This document shows positions 34,692-49,480 of a DNA stretch of 64,000 bases, piece by piece. The position numbers were made by a program, and so were the translations under genes. How positions within the stretch are numbered: the first letter of the stretch is position 1; each line of letters starts with the position of its first letter. The notes under the pieces are model-generated. The model was not told the DNA's origin. It did no database searches and saw only the letters and a list, made by a program, of their open reading frames with translations. Source of the DNA: Pristiophorus japonicus (taxonomy: Eukaryota); NCBI RefSeq assembly GCF_044704955.1, contig NC_091995.1, positions 2,728,001 to 2,792,000 on the forward strand, in the 5' to 3' direction.

Positions 34692-36625
34692 TGTGAGCCT
34701 TCCCCTTGGCCCAGATTCTCTGCAGTACAAAGGGCGCAACACATTCACCACTTCTGGATATTGTTTCAATTTTGAACTTGGATGAGGTTACTTCCCTGAA
34801 AAAGAAAACCACTGTAAGTAATCACCGAGGGAGAACCCTCAATAAGCTAATCTTCATGAAACAGGGAACACCCAACTGGTCTCACCTAGGATTCTTGACC
34901 AATTTTGCCCTGCAACGTACAGACTCGCGTTGTTTAATCAAGCCAGATAATTTATTGTGCATCACAAAGATATACAAAGTTAATATTCAACAAAGGCAAT
35001 AGATATACAGCGAGACTTCAGTCCGACGGTTCCTGCTTCCAAACTCTCTGGGGCACCATCTCCTGTTCTGTTGACCGCAGTCGATATTCTTCCTCTCGAT
35101 GTGCCACCGATTTTCTGTCGCCTCAAGTTTATCCGGCTCGGGGTGCTGGTGCCTCCCCACATTAGGTCATGTATCGTGTAGGCCGAAATGATTGTATCAT
35201 GGACGCATGTTGTTCTTTCCTGATCTCCTCATGTCCCAACATGCAGACCTCGTACGGGTGGTTCTTGTTTTCTGATCTTGCTGGTGACACAAAGTTCAGA
35301 ATTCGTCTAACTGCCACCCTGCGATTTCTCAACCGTCTATTCGGATCGTCAGTTCTCGCAGACAAGTACAGATGAATTACAGTGTCTCTGCCATTGTTAT
35401 TACACAAATGTTAACATTGAAAAACATGTCCCTCAGCAACAGTCATGCCGATTCCACGTCACCACACTTCAGCAGAACCCTATTCACTAATGCAAGTGCT
35501 TACAGCATATTAGATTAGCCTTCCTATCTTGCATTCTGGTTACGGTTCCGCTTTATCAATACAAGTAACAATACAAAGTCAGTGTACAAAGCAAGTAATA
35601 ACACAACGTCAGTAACGCAGAGTTATAGTTAAGACAACATATGTGAATCTATCAAAGCCTACAGTTCCCCACCTCCAGGTTGAAGTGCTATTCGCACTGA
35701 TTCCTCGCACAATGTATTGACGTCTCAGCAATAGCTCACACCCTCCCACTTGCAGTCTTTCGATACCATCACCACACGGACTGCAGCGGTTCAAGAAGGC
35801 GGCTCACCACCACCTTCTCAAGGGCAATTAGTGTTGGGCAATAAATGTTGGCCTTGGCAGCGACGTCCACATCGCATGAACGAATTAATAAAGAGAGAGA
35901 TGGACGGTCGGACAGCCAGACAGAGGGACTCCTCATGGATCAAAATAGATGCTTTTTTCTGTGTTTACCATTGCTGCCTCGTGGTGACGCTGTTGCCTGT
36001 TCAGATACAGCAGGCGCTCGGTTCTGCCAGAAATGGTTCGTAATAATGTACAATGAAAATAGTTCTGCCTTAAACCCAGGGGCCGGGAGAGGCAAACACG
36101 CCCAGAGACAGGTATTTTCAGTTTATCCGGATGCAAACAAAGGGACATAGGAATTCCAAGCCGAAAAGGACGGAGGTCCACCAAGTTCCCCTGGTACAAT
36201 CGCGGCAGTCACATAATAGATCAATATTGGGGATGGTGACAAATCATAGCAAACCTGTCTGCGGACTGACAGCGTCAAGAATGATTCGGCCCTTTGCCAC
36301 TTGGAGCCTTGAAATTAAACAGGTAACAGAGATCAACCCAAGCGGCTGTCCACTGATTTGTGACTTATTTGGCTTTCCAATTTACTCAGCAAGAGCAGGA
36401 GACAGATTGTATAATGTTGCTTCTACATCCGTTTTTATAATGAAGCTGCAATGTAAGCTCCTTTACAATTCTCTTACATTTTGCTTTCATAACAATCAGA
36501 TAGCGAGTTAATTGTTGCATTAAAGCAAGGTGCATGACAAGTGCCAGCCGTGGCTCAGTGGGGGGGTACTCTCGCCTTTGTGTCAGAAGGTTGTGGGTTC
36601 ATATCCCACTCCAGACACTTCAGTA

Positions 36626-38078
36626 TCGCAGCATAGAATCATATAAATTTACAGCACAGAAAGAGGCCATTTGGTCCCATCGTGTCCGTGCATGCCGAAT
36701 AAGAACTTTCCAGCTCGTGCTCTGTAGCTTACTACACACCCAAGTACTTTTTAAATAGGGTGAAGCTTTCTGCCTCTTCCATCCTTTCAGGCAGTGAGTT
36801 CCAGACCCCAACTCCCTCTGCGTCGAGATATTTCCCCTCATCGACCTCCCTCCAGTTACTTTAAATCTATGCCCCCTGGTTGTTGACCCCTCTGCCAAGG
36901 GAAACAATTTCTTCCTTCCCACTCTAGTTAGGCACCACATGATTTCATAAACCTCAATCAGGTCTACACTCAGCCTCCTCTGTTCCAAAGAAAACAGACC
37001 AAGCATCTCCAATCTTTCCTCATAAGTAGAATTCTCCAATCCATGCAGCATTCTTGGAAATCTCCTCTGCACCCGTTCCAGTGCAATCACATCTTACCTA
37101 TAATGTGGTGACCGGAACTGCAAACAATATTCCAGCTGCGGCCTAACCAGTATTTGATATATTTTAAGCATAAAGTCCTTGCTCTTGTATTCCATGCATC
37201 ACGTATTAAAAGCAAGTATTACACAGGCCTTCTTAACCCCCTTATCTACCTGGCTTGCTTCCTTCAGTGACCTGTGGAACTGCACTCCAAGGTCCATTCA
37301 TTCCTCTACTTTTCATTGTCATACAATTTAATATGTACTCTCTTGCCTTGTTAGATCTCCCCAAATACATCACCTCACACTTAATCTAATTGTATTCAAT
37401 TTGACGCTGATCTGCCCACCTGACCAGTTCATTGATATCTTCCTGCTGTCTGCCGCTTTCTTCATTTTCAACCACGCAGTGCCATCCCTAAACGTTTTAA
37501 TCATAACCCCAACATTCAAGTATAATTATTGTTATATACCATGGAAAGCAAGGGACCCAGCACTGAGACTTGCGGAATCCCACTGGATATAGCTTCCTGA
37601 CTCTGGGCCAATTTTGGTTCCAACTTGCCACTTTGCTTTGGATCCTATGGGCGTTTACTTTCCGTGACCAGCCTGCCATGTGGGACCTTATCATAAGCTT
37701 TGCTAAAATCCATATACACTACATTATATGCACTGCCTCTTCGACTGTCCCAGATACCTCCTCGAAAATTTCAATCAAGTTAGTCAGACACGACTTTCCC
37801 TTAACAAGTCGATGCTTGGTTAATCCATGTCTTTCCAAATTAAGATTTATTCTGTCCCTGAGGAATATTTCCTCTAATTTTTCCACGACTGAGTTTAGGC
37901 TGACTGGCCTGGAATTACTCTGTCTATCACTTTCTCCCTTTTGAAACAAAGGTACACCATTAGCAGTCCTCCAGTCCTCTGGCACCACAACTGTTGTCAG
38001 AGGAAACTGAAAAATGATGGTCAGACCTTCTGCCTTTTCCACTGTTGCTTCTCTTAACAGCCTGGGATACAGTTCATG
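36626..38078 (-). mobile_element. CR1 fragment (unit 2 copy)
   Basis: Duplicate of 13045-14505. Confidence 0.87.
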
Positions 38079-38082
38079 GAAT

Positions 38083-38800
38083 ACTCTCCACCTGCCTGGA
38101 TCAGTGTCGGTCCAACAACATTCAAGAAGTGAACTAACACAGGAAGTAATCAGGAAGGCGAATGGAATGTTGGCCTTTATTGCAAGGCGGATAGAGTATA
38201 AAAGCACGGATGTCCTGCTACAACTCAACAGGTTATTGGCGAGGCCACATCTGGAAAACTGCTTACAGTTTTGATCTCTGCATTGAAGGGCCGATATGCT
38301 TGCAGAGAAGGTTCACTCGACTGATTCCGGAGATGAGGGAGTTGACTTATGAGGATATGTTGATTAGGTTGGGCCTATACACATTGAAGTTCAGAAGAAT
38401 GAGAGGTGATATTATTGAAACTTATAAGATAATGAGGGGGCTCGACAAGGTGGATGCAGAGAGGATATTCCCATTCATAATGGAAACTAAAGCAATGGGA
38501 CATAGTCTTAGAATAAGGGTCCGGCCACTTAAAACTAAGATGAGGAGAAATTTCTTCTCTCAGAGGGTCGTGAATCTGTGGAATTATCTGCTCCAGAAAG
38601 CTGTGGAGGCTGAGTCATTGAATATATTTAAGGTGGAGATAGACAGATTTTTGAGCGATAATGGAGTAAAGGGTTATGGGGAGCGGGCAGGGAAGTAGAG
38701 CTGAGTCCGTGATCAGATTAGCCATGATCTTATTAAATTGCGGAGCAGGCTCGAGGGGTGAAATGGCTGACACCTGCTCCTATTTCTTTCGTTCTATTGT
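38083..38800 (+). mobile_element. CR1 3' end (unit 2 copy)
   Basis: Duplicate of 14510-15240. Confidence 0.87.
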
Positions 38801-41800
38801 TCTTAAAGGAATCTCAACACCGACCAGGGCAAAGCAGCTCGCTTGATTGGCACCCCATCCACCACATTGTAACATTCACTCCCTCCACCACCGCTGTATC
38901 GTGGCTGCAATGTGTACCATCTACAAGACGCCCTGCAGCAACTCACCAAGGCTTCTTCGGCAGTACCTCTCAACTCCGAGATATTTTCCAACCAGAAGGA
39001 CAAGGGCAGCAGGTGCATTGTAACTCCATCACCTCCAAGTTCCCCTCCAAGTTGCACACCATCCTGATGTGTAAATAAATCAGGCGTTCCTTCATCGCTG
39101 GGTCCAAACCCTGGAACTCGGTCACTCACAGCACTGTGGGAACACCTTTGAGACGCTCCTTAAAACCTATCACTTTGAGCAAGCATTTAGTCACCTGTCC
39201 AACTATCTCAGCGGTTCAAGAACGTGCTATCCACTACCTTCTCAAGGGGCAATTAGCGACGCCCGCATCACATGAGTGAATTAAAAAAAAGAGACGGACG
39301 GACGGGCGGAGAAGCGTACAGAGGAACTCCTCAAGGTTGAAAAATGTGTTTTTGTTTGTTTCCCAATTCTGCCACGTGGTGACGCTGTTGTCTGCTCAGT
39401 TACAGCAGGCGCTCGGTTCTGCCAGAGATGCCTGCAGCGGTTCCCAGTATTGTCCAATGCAAGTCGTCCTGCCTTAAAACCAGGGACCTGGGGAGACAAA
39501 CTCGCTTTGAGACAGGAATATTCAGTTTAGCCCGATGCAAACAAATGGACATAGGAACCACAAGCCGAAAAGGACTGAGGGCCACCAAAATCCCCTTCTA
39601 CCTTCGCGGCTGTTGCATAATAGAACAATATTGGAGATGGTAACAAATTATAGCAAACCTGTCTGCGGACTGACAGCGTCAAGAATCATTCGGCCCTTTC
39701 CCACTTAGAGCTTTGAAATTAACCAGGTATCCGAGACCAACCCAAGCAGCTTTCTACTGGTTTGTGACTTATTTAGGTTTCCATATGACTCAGAAAAAGC
39801 AGGAGACAGGTAGAAAAGTGTTCCTTTTAAATCTATTTTGATTAAGATTCTGCAATATAATCTCCTTTACAATTCTCTTACATTCTCCATTAATAACGAT
39901 CAGATAGCGAGTTAATTGTTGTTTTAAAGCAAAATGCTCAACAGTTGCGAGCCGTGGCTCAATGGGCAACACTTTCGCCTCTGAGTCAGAAGGTTGTGGG
40001 TTCACGTCCCACTCCAGAGACTTGAGCACCGCATCACAGTGCTGCACTGAGAGGCCGATGCACTGTCGGAGATGTTTTCATAGGAATTGCCACTATTTTT
40101 TTCTGAAGATCACGATATTACTTGAAACACGATCTAAATACCGTGACACATTCTTGCGCATTTTTGTTTCATCAAATTCCGCACAAAAGTAACAACCGGT
40201 ATCAGCCAGTTGGTGTCAGTACACAACATTATCAAAGCAGAGAAGATCCAGCAATGATCACATGTTGGCAGGGACAATGGGTGGTCCCCAAACCAGAGAG
40301 GACAGCAATAGCACAGGGGATAGGGTGAAAGGCAAGTATAGAGTCTATTTTCGGTCTTTGAATCAGTGACTGTATCAGACTCGCTTGCTGCAGCTGGAGC
40401 GTAACTCAGGCGTTGGCCGCAAAGCCAGGAATTTCTGGTCAACAGCTCGCCATTCTGCTTCAAGACGGAAGATTATATTTTCGGATTCCGTTCGGCAGCA
40501 GCCGTAACCCTAACCCCAATCGCTCACCCTGCCGATCCTGCTCCCCCCATTTCCCCGTTCCACACCAGCTCCATTCAGCCCGGCTTTACATCCGCCAGGT
40601 TTCCGCCTCAAGATGCGCTGCCCAGCCCCCGCCCACCGCACTTGGACTTCCTGATTTCGCTCTCACGGGAATTCTGGACAGTGTCTCCCTCCTCAGAATG
40701 AACTCCCCCCGCACTGGGAACGGGGCCCAGTTTGTGATGTTCCCCAGTGAGTGCTGCACAGATTGCACCAACACCCCACACTCTCTGCTCCTTAATGAAG
40801 GCGCTGAGCTGTTTATATTCAATGGCTTGACGGTTCCGCTAAAACCACAGTCAAAGGAAGGTCACAGGGAATAAAGTTAAATGTCGATCCGGGTAATATC
40901 TCCAGAGGAATGCCAGGCTGTGGTCCCTGGAGGGAGAGACTCTATCCCAGTACAGGTTGGGCGGGGGGTGATATGTTGTAGGGTGAGGATGGGAGGGTTA
41001 TTCAGTGACCCGGCCCTGCTGGGGTTACAGTCAAACACTGATTACAGACTGAGATACAAATGGAAATGTTCATCACACAAACACACCCGGGGAGTGAATG
41101 GAGTCAGAAACTGGAATTGGAGGGAAAATGATGGAAACAGACCCATTAATGTTAGTGTCATTTAACCCCGCAGATTATCAGTGGTGCGGAGTTTTCCCCG
41201 CTGTAATTCCATCCCGGATTGAAGGTGGGAAAGATTCTCTCAGCGAAAGTCTGGGTGAAAGTGTGGAGATGGGACATGTTGTCCGCATTGTAAAATGACC
41301 TGTCCGCCCTCATAGTCCAGGTGCACCCCGATCTTCCGGGGCTTCACACTCGGGGTGAGGGGGGTCCGTGAGGGGGAGGTGCTGGCAGAATAAACATTAC
41401 CGGCATTCAGCCCCACAATCCAGTATCCAGTCTCTGGGCTCGGGGTGATTGCCCCTTTCCTCCCGGCAGACTCTCGGGTCACTCCCAGACCCCACTGTGA
41501 CTTGTCCCCCACCTCCACCTCCCAGTAGTGTCTCCCTGATGTGAATCCCTCCGATCCCAGGACACAGGGCCAGTAATCAAACCTCTCCGGGGTGTCAGGG
41601 AGCGGCTGCTGTTTGTCTCCGAGTCTCACACTGGTCCGGTCCTCAGACAGGATGAGCCAGGGACTCGCTGTGTTCGGATCCAGAGTCAGAGAGGCTGGAG
41701 CTGGGGGGAAGTTAAAATAACACAGTCAGTGATTTAAGCCGCGATTTCCGCTGTCTCGGCGGGTCGGTGGCGGGCGATGTCGGTGACAGGTCCCGGACTC

Positions 41801-43141
41801 GCTGCTGGCTCCAGCCCGCTGTCTGAAATTACTTCCCTGATTACACCTGTTAAGCCCCGCCCAGCGGGCTTGCCGGCCAATTGCAGGCAGCGGGTCTGAT
41901 GACGTCTGGAGACCTTTGACCCACTGAAACAAATGCTATTTTTCCCACTGATCCCGCGAAAAATTCCCCGATAATTTATTGATGTGACAGAATCAAACTC
42001 TGAGTGACATTCCTTCTTCAAATCCTCAGCTTTCTGCATATTATTGAAAAATTACTTTGTCTCAGTATTGATCAGCACGCCTGGCCAGCTGAACATGACA
42101 GAGAAAAATTGATCAAATAAGATGCAATTATATTTAAGATAGAAAAGACAAGTAAATGGTAAACTAATCAAATTCAGAGAGGATGAAACTCAAGGATTGC
42201 AAGACGCGCATTCAAGTAAATGCACAAAGATAGAGCACTATTTGATATTACAGGTTTTCATTTTATAATTAGGATATAGAGGCATTGGAGGAAGTGCAAA
42301 ATAGATTTACAAGGAAATAGTACAAAAAGGTGAGAGGCTATAATTATCAGGAAAGATTGAATCGGCTCTAGAAATGGGAAAGCTGAGGGGTTAAATGACA
42401 GAGGTCGTTAATATTATGAAAGGGTCTGAAAGGGTCGATGTAGAGAAGACGTTTCCACTTGTGAGGAGACAAAAACTAGACACCATAAAAACGTAAAATT
42501 AAGTAATAAATCTAACAGGGGATTTAGCAGAAACCTCTTTATCCACAGAGTGGTGAGAATGTGGAACTCACGACCACGATAAGCAGTTCAGGCAAATAGC
42601 ACAGAAGCATTTAAGGGGAAGCAAGATTAACACATGAGGGAGGAAGGGACAGAAGGATATGCTGATATGGTTAGATGAAGAGGGGTGGGAGGAGGCTCGT
42701 GTGGAGCATAAACACCGGCTTGGACCTGTTGGGCTGAATGGCCTGTTTCTGTGCTGTATATACTTTGTAAAAATCAATCATCAGGCTGGGCCATCAAAGC
42801 ATTGTTACCGAAACAAAGTGGCAACATATGGCAACATATGGCACCGGGAAGACGGCGGCTGACCTCGAGAGGGAACAGGTTGGGGGGGGGTGGTGTAGTG
42901 GGATGGAACCCCTCAAAGTCGGATTAGTGATATGGGATGGGGGCTGGAGTTGTTGATGTCAGTTCATTGGATATATTTAAGAGGGAGTTAGATATGGCGC
43001 TTTTGACTAAAGGGATCAAGGGGCATTGAGAGAAAGCAGGAAAGGGGTCTTGAGGTGAAATATCAGCCATGATCTTATTGAAAGGTGGTGCGGGCTCGAA
43101 AGGCCGAATGGCCTACTCCTGCACCTATTTTCTATGCTTCG

Positions 43142-44865
43142 ATGTTGAGTTCCCAGCTTTGGTCACCCTGGAGCCATGTCTTCGTGATGCCAATTATATC
43201 ATACTCGTTAATTGCTGCCAGTGCAGTTAATTCATTCACCTTATTACAAATACTCCTCGCATTGAGGCACAGAGTCTTCAGCCTTGCCTTTTTAACACAC
43301 TTTGCCCATTTAGAATTTTGCCACAGTGGCCCTTTTTGATTTTTGCCTTGGGTTTCTCTGCCCTCCACTTTTACTTTTCTTCTTTCTATCTTTTGTTTCT
43401 GCCCCCATTCCACTTCACTCTGTCTCCCTGCATAGGTTGTCATCCCCCTGCCATATTAGTTTAACCCTTCCCCAACAGCACTAGCAAACACTCCCAGTAG
43501 GACATTGTGTCCGGTCCTGCCCAGGTGCAAACCGTCCGTTTTGTACCGGTCCTACCTCCCCCAGAACCGGTTCCAATGTCCCAGTAATTTGAATCCCTCT
43601 TTTCTGCACCACTCCTCAAGCCACGTATTCATCTTAGCTATCCCGCAATTCCTATTCTGACTAGCATGTGGCACTGGTAGCAATCCTGAGGTCCTACTTT
43701 TTAATTTAACTCCTAGCTCCCTAAATCCAGCTTGTAGGACCTCATCCCATTTTTTACCTATAACGTTGGTACCTATATGCAGCCGGACAACTGGCTGTTC
43801 ACCCTAACCCTCCAAAATGTCCTGCTCCAAGACATCCTTGACCCTTGCACCAGGGAGGCAACATACCATCCTGGGGTCTCAATTTTGGCCGTAGAAACGT
43901 CTATCTATTCCCCTTACAATAGAATCCCCTACCACTATAGCTCTTCCACTCTATTTCCTGCCATCCTGTGCAGCAGAGCCACCCACGGTGCCATGAACTT
44001 GGCTGCTGCCCTCACCTGATGATTCATCCCCCCAACAGTCCCCAAAATGCTGTGTCTGTTTTGGTGGGGGTTGACCACAGGGGGCCCCTGCACTACCTTC
44101 CTTCCACTGCTCTTCCTGCTGATCACCTATTCCCTATCTGGCTGTGTAAACTTTAGGTCCGGTGTGTCGAACTCACTCAACGTGTTATTCACGACATCCT
44201 CAACATCGCGGATGCTCCAGACTGAATCCATGCACAGCTCCAGTGCCGCAATGTGGTCTGTCAGGTGCTGCAGCAGGATATACTTCCTGCACATGTAGTA
44301 TCAGGAACTCTGGAAGCGACCCTGAGTTCCCACATAGCACAGGAGGAGCATGACACGTGTCCGAGATTTCCTGCCATCACTTAACCCTTAGATTAACTTT
44401 ATTTAATTTGGCAACAATGATAAAGGTTACCTACTGATAAAGAAAAAGTAAAAGAAGAAAAGCTACTCACCAATTACGAGCCAATCACTTACCCCCTTGG
44501 CTGTGACGTCACCCTTCGATTTCTTTCTCCGTCCCTTTTTGCCTTCTCACCCTGCTACAGGTGTACCAGCTGGCTCCTCCTCGACTCCCGCTCCCCGACT
44601 GTGACTGATGGGCCTCTTATAGGCCTCCCTCCGATCTCCTCCGCCTGGTCGATGAACTCCCGCCGCTCAGACTGATGGGCCTTTTATAGGCCTCCCTCCG
44701 ATCTCCTCCGCCTGGTCGATGAACTCCCGCCGCTCAGATTGATGGGCCTTTTATCGGCCTCCCTCCGATCTCCCGCATTTCCTCGACGAACTCCCACTAC
44801 TCTGACTAACGGACCTTTTCTCGGCCTCCCTCCAATCTCCCACGCCTCCTCGATGAGCCCCTCAA
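43142..44865 (-). mobile_element. CR1 5' portion (unit 2 copy, in intron 5 of TRIM C)
   Basis: Diverged duplicate of 19520-21330. Confidence 0.85.
44603..44861. repeat. 67-bp minisatellite, about 3.9 copies
   Basis: Starts at 44603, 44670, 44737, with a degenerate copy at 44804. Confidence 0.95.
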
Positions 44866-47800
44866 AGTCGGGGGAGTTCCGTGGGATGGGGGGTGGGACG
44901 TGTTGCCGGGAGAGGAGGAATCATGGATTCCGTTATATCTTGAACCTGTTTTGTGATGAGCAATCTGGGTATTTTACTGACGCTGCAGTCACCGTCAGTC
45001 TGAAGGGTGAGAACATTGTTCTGTGTCGACAATACCATACACTGCTTCTGTATCGAACCCGCACTCCTGGATCTGATATAGGGTCACAAACAGTTACACT
45101 GATTTCACACACCAGTTTTAATCTCCTTTTGGAGATTATTACATAATATTTTGTATTTAATTGCACAAATACTGAAGCTGTGTTTCATTATTTCGATGTA
45201 TTCATGCAACGAGATTTTTACGAAGTCTGAAATTGGGGTGCTGAAAACGTTTTACCTGGGCTGATGTTCTCTATCATTTCTTTCCATGCTTTGTATTGAC
45301 CGGGCCCTTTGAATATTCCCAGCGGCAGATTCCGGCCATCCAATGAAAGGATATTACCCTCGTCACTGATTCTGAAAATATGAAACATTCAACTCTAGAA
45401 TTCTCGCAGTGCATTCCTTTAACAGGTGAAATAACAATTCAGTAAAGTGAACCTCATACCTTCTCATCCGGGAAGCTGCCTCCTGAAATAAAACAGAAAC
45501 ACAGACCTGAGTTCACAGGGAGAGTCTGGGGGCAAAATTTCAGAATTCAGTGTCATACGCTACACATGGCACCAAGTGAGAAATAGTTCATAAATAAAAA
45601 CAGAAAATGCTGGAAATCTCTGTGAGTCAGGCAGCATCTGTGGAGCGAAACAGAGTAAATGTTTTGTGTCTGTGAGCCTTCGTCAGAACTGGAAACCTCC
45701 GAAAAGAAACAGATTGTTAAATAAATGGAGGGGCACTGAAAGGGGAAGACGATGGAAGAACAAAACGGAAGGTCTGTGATATTCTGGAAGACAGGAGTAA
45801 TTTTAGAGACAACAGGGATTGATCTCCAAATTGAGCTGGTAATAGCACAAGTTAGGAAACAAAATATGAGCCGAGATGGTGTGTGAATGGTGGAATAACT
45901 TCCAGCTGCCTTGGGAAAGAGAGAAACAATAAAAGTAAACGAGGGGAGGGTGGTTTGTTAAAAAAAGTGGAAAAAGAACAAAATATGGGCAGAGGTTATG
46001 TTCTGAAATTGTTGAACTCGATGTTGAGTCCAGAAGGCTGTAAAATACCTCAACGAAAGATTGGAACAGAGGATGCTGAGAAGGGACATTGAGGTGTACA
46101 ACATTGTGAGGATCCTGGATATAGTAGATAGCAAGGGCCTATTTTCCTTGGTGGAGGGATCAATTACGAGGGGCCATAGTATTAAGATGATTGGTGGTAG
46201 GTTCAGAGGGTATTTGAGGGGGGGGTCTTCTTGACACAGAGGGTTGTGGGGGTCTGGAACTCACTGCCTGGAAGGGTGGTGGATGCAGGAACCCTCATCA
46301 CATTTAAAAGGTGATTGAATGGGCACTTAAACGGCCGTAACCTGCAGGGTTACTGACTTAGAGCTGGTAAGTGGGATTAGACTGGATAACCTTTTGTTGG
46401 CTGGCGCAGATACGATCGTAAGTCATGCAGGGCATTGAATACGAACCGGGTGGTCTCCTGGACTAGTTTCGATCGCCTGGATGGGACAGAGAGGAATTTT
46501 CACGCTTTGTTCCCCAATTGGCCTGGATTTTTATCTGGTTTTTGCCTTTCTCAGGAGATCACATGGCTCTGGCTGGGGTGGAGTATAGAATGTTTCAGTG
46601 CAAGGGGTGTCGCAGTTGTGTGGGGTGGACTGGTTGGGCTGGGTACTCTTTGCCTTCCCGTCATTATTCATTGTTCATAGGTTTATATGTAACCTTCAGG
46701 GCTGCTGACCGAGGGGCAAGCTCGACTGGCCGTATAGCCTACTCCTGTTCCTATTTCTTATGTTCTTATGTGATCGATTCTACTTTCTACACAAACTAAC
46801 TGAGAGATGGAAGAACTTCCATAGCAATTATTGAACCGGACCTCCCACAACCCGGAGTTACGCTGTGCATGTAGCACCGTGATGGGCGCTTATCCCTGGG
46901 GATCTTACACCGCTTGGACTCAGGGCATTGAGTGTCACTTTGGTGCCTTCAGGTGCCTGGTCTGGTTGTAAGTAATGATCAGGTATATGAGCAAACTGTT
47001 GGTGCATAACTTATTAAGATCGAAATGAAATGGAAACGTTTGGAAGAAAATGAGAATGCAGTGAGGCAGATTTCAGTAAAATGAGTAGCGAGCTAACTAG
47101 CTTGAGGCAATAGAAGAAAGATAGATACACAGAAATGAACATCAAAAATGGGATGTTTTAAAATGTGATTCGAACAATGTAGAATAAATGCATTCTGTTA
47201 AAACAGAATGCAATTGCTAGTAATTTTTGATGTCCATGGAAAAATAATGAAGCAAGAAGCCTATTTATATTAAAGCTCAGATTTCAAATGAGATGACCTT
47301 GTTGGAAATACTTCATAGATATGTTTGAGGATCGAATACATATGGTTGATGGGACAATACAGTGAATGCAATGTACATGGAGTTTAGGAAAGCCTTGATA
47401 AGGTACCACACAGGCGATGACGAGAGAAGCTCGTGGGATATGGAATTCGGGAAGGATAGCAAATTGGGTTAGAAATTACTTCGGATAAAATCAGAGAATA
47501 GGAATTAATGGTGGGTTTTCAGGGCGAATAGAGGTGGGCAGTCGGGTCCCACAGTGTTTCGTTCTGGGGATAGAATTAATTTGATACAAGACCAAAAGAA
47601 GTGGTGAAGGGTTAATAAGAACATGCGTGAATGGGCTAAATTTTTGTTGGTCAGAATTATCTGCCAGTAAGTGTGGGCTGAGACAGGGGAAGTAACAGCA
47701 GGAATCCCACACCGAATGGATGTTGGCTTGGTGTGGTAGAAGAGCAGAAGGATTTGGGGATATAGGTTCACAGAGCATTAAAGGCAGCTCCAAGGCTTGA

Positions 47801-48774
47801 CAATGCTGTTTAACAAAACCTAATAGGATACCAGGTTAGATAGGATTAAATAGGATATACGACACTGAAATAGGCCACTCGGGCCAACCTGTCCATGCCG
47901 GCGTTCATGCTCCACTCGAGCCTCCTCCTGTCTTTCCTCATCTAAATCTATCACCATAACAGGTTGTATCACAAGAGATATAGCATATAAAATAAACAGG
48001 CAATGATGCAGTATTAGGCTCCACACCAGAGTGACGCTAATCTGGGTTGAATGTGGAGACAGCACAGATGGTCTCGGATGCTGCCTGGAATCAGGAAATG
48101 TAAATATGAAGAAAGAAAAAATCAATTTATGGGGCAACACGATATAATATCATGGTCTTATTTAAGTGAGACAAGGTATGTAGAAACAAACAATGGAGCT
48201 ACTGAAGAGATCACAAAGTTTCGGTTTAAAGAATGGACTCAGTCAAGAATATATCGTGGACTTTATGGGCTTTTCTGAGGGTATTTTCCCTGTGGTGGGA
48301 TCACCCTGTGCCGATCAGTGAAAAAGCTGGTGTTGTTAACACTCCAGAGACCACGTGGCAGTTAGCTGTGACAAAAGAACTGTCAGTCATCCAGAACGGG
48401 TTTGCCCACCAGTCCCAGCTAAAGGAAGGGGGCCATGAATATTGACAAAAGAGCTGTCGGCCAGGAAGGGGGCCACTGACAAAGCCACTCTAACATGCAA
48501 AAGCACTTCTCACCTGCATCTCCGAAGGAAAGCAGAACAATGAACCCACTAGCCTGGTCAGACAAAGAGGAGCCAGGTCTTTCCCAACACAAAGACTGAG
48601 AGAGATGCCCAGATTAAGAGCCATCAGCCAAATACACATGGGTTGGATGGCCCATCACTGACCATGACTCATTTCATTTACACTCTAAATAATAATTCCC
48701 GGGTCTGGAACTTTCGTAAGGCGATTCGAACCGTCCGGCTAGCATTTGGGCTAAGATCAAAACCGCTTACACTA

Positions 48775-49480
48775 CTTGTTACAAAATTTAGGATGTGCAA
48801 AGAGTTCAGAATTTGAGGAGCACAGATATCTTGGTGGGTTGTTTACCTGGAGGAGGTTGCAGAGATAGGGAGGGGAGAGGCCATGGAGTGAGTTGAAAAC
48901 AAGAATGAGAATGTCAAAATTGAGATGTTTCTTAACCGGGAGACAGTTTGCGCCAGCGAGCACAGGGGTGATGGCTGGACGGGACTGGGTGTAAGTTTGG
49001 AAATGTGCCTCCGAGTTCTGCATCAGCCCAAGTTTATGGAGGGTGTAAAATCGCAGGCCAGCCTGCAGAGCATTGGACTTAGTCAAGTTCATAGGTAGCA
49101 AAAGCATAGATGAGGGTTTCAGCAGCTGATGATGAGGCAGGGGCTGTGACGGGCGATGTTACGGAGGTGCAAATAAGTGGTGTTGATGATGGCGTGGATA
49201 TGTGGTCGGAATTCTATATCGCGGTCAAATAAGACGCCAAGGTTGTGAACAGCCTGGATCAGCCTCAGACAGTGGCCGAGGAGAGGGGTGGAGTTGGTGT
49301 CGAGGGAACGGAATTTGTGGCAGGACCAAAGAAAATGGCTTCGACCATCCCAATAATTAGTTGGAAGAAATTGCTATTCTTCCACTTCTGGATATCGGAC
49401 AAGCACCGTGACACATCCAGAACATTGCCGGGGTCGCGAGGTGAGCTGGGTGAGATCAGCACATGTGACGTTGTGTTTCA
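48775..49480 (-). mobile_element. L2 LINE fragment (unit 3 copy)
   Basis: Diverged duplicate of 1650-2350 (ORFs 48772-49107, 49265-49462). Confidence 0.8.

Larger units (their letters stand above)
23582..47107. repeat. Tandem segmental duplication, unit 2 (23526 bp)
   Basis: Colinear with unit 1. Near-identical up to about 36700, then a few percent divergent with indels. Confidence 0.97.
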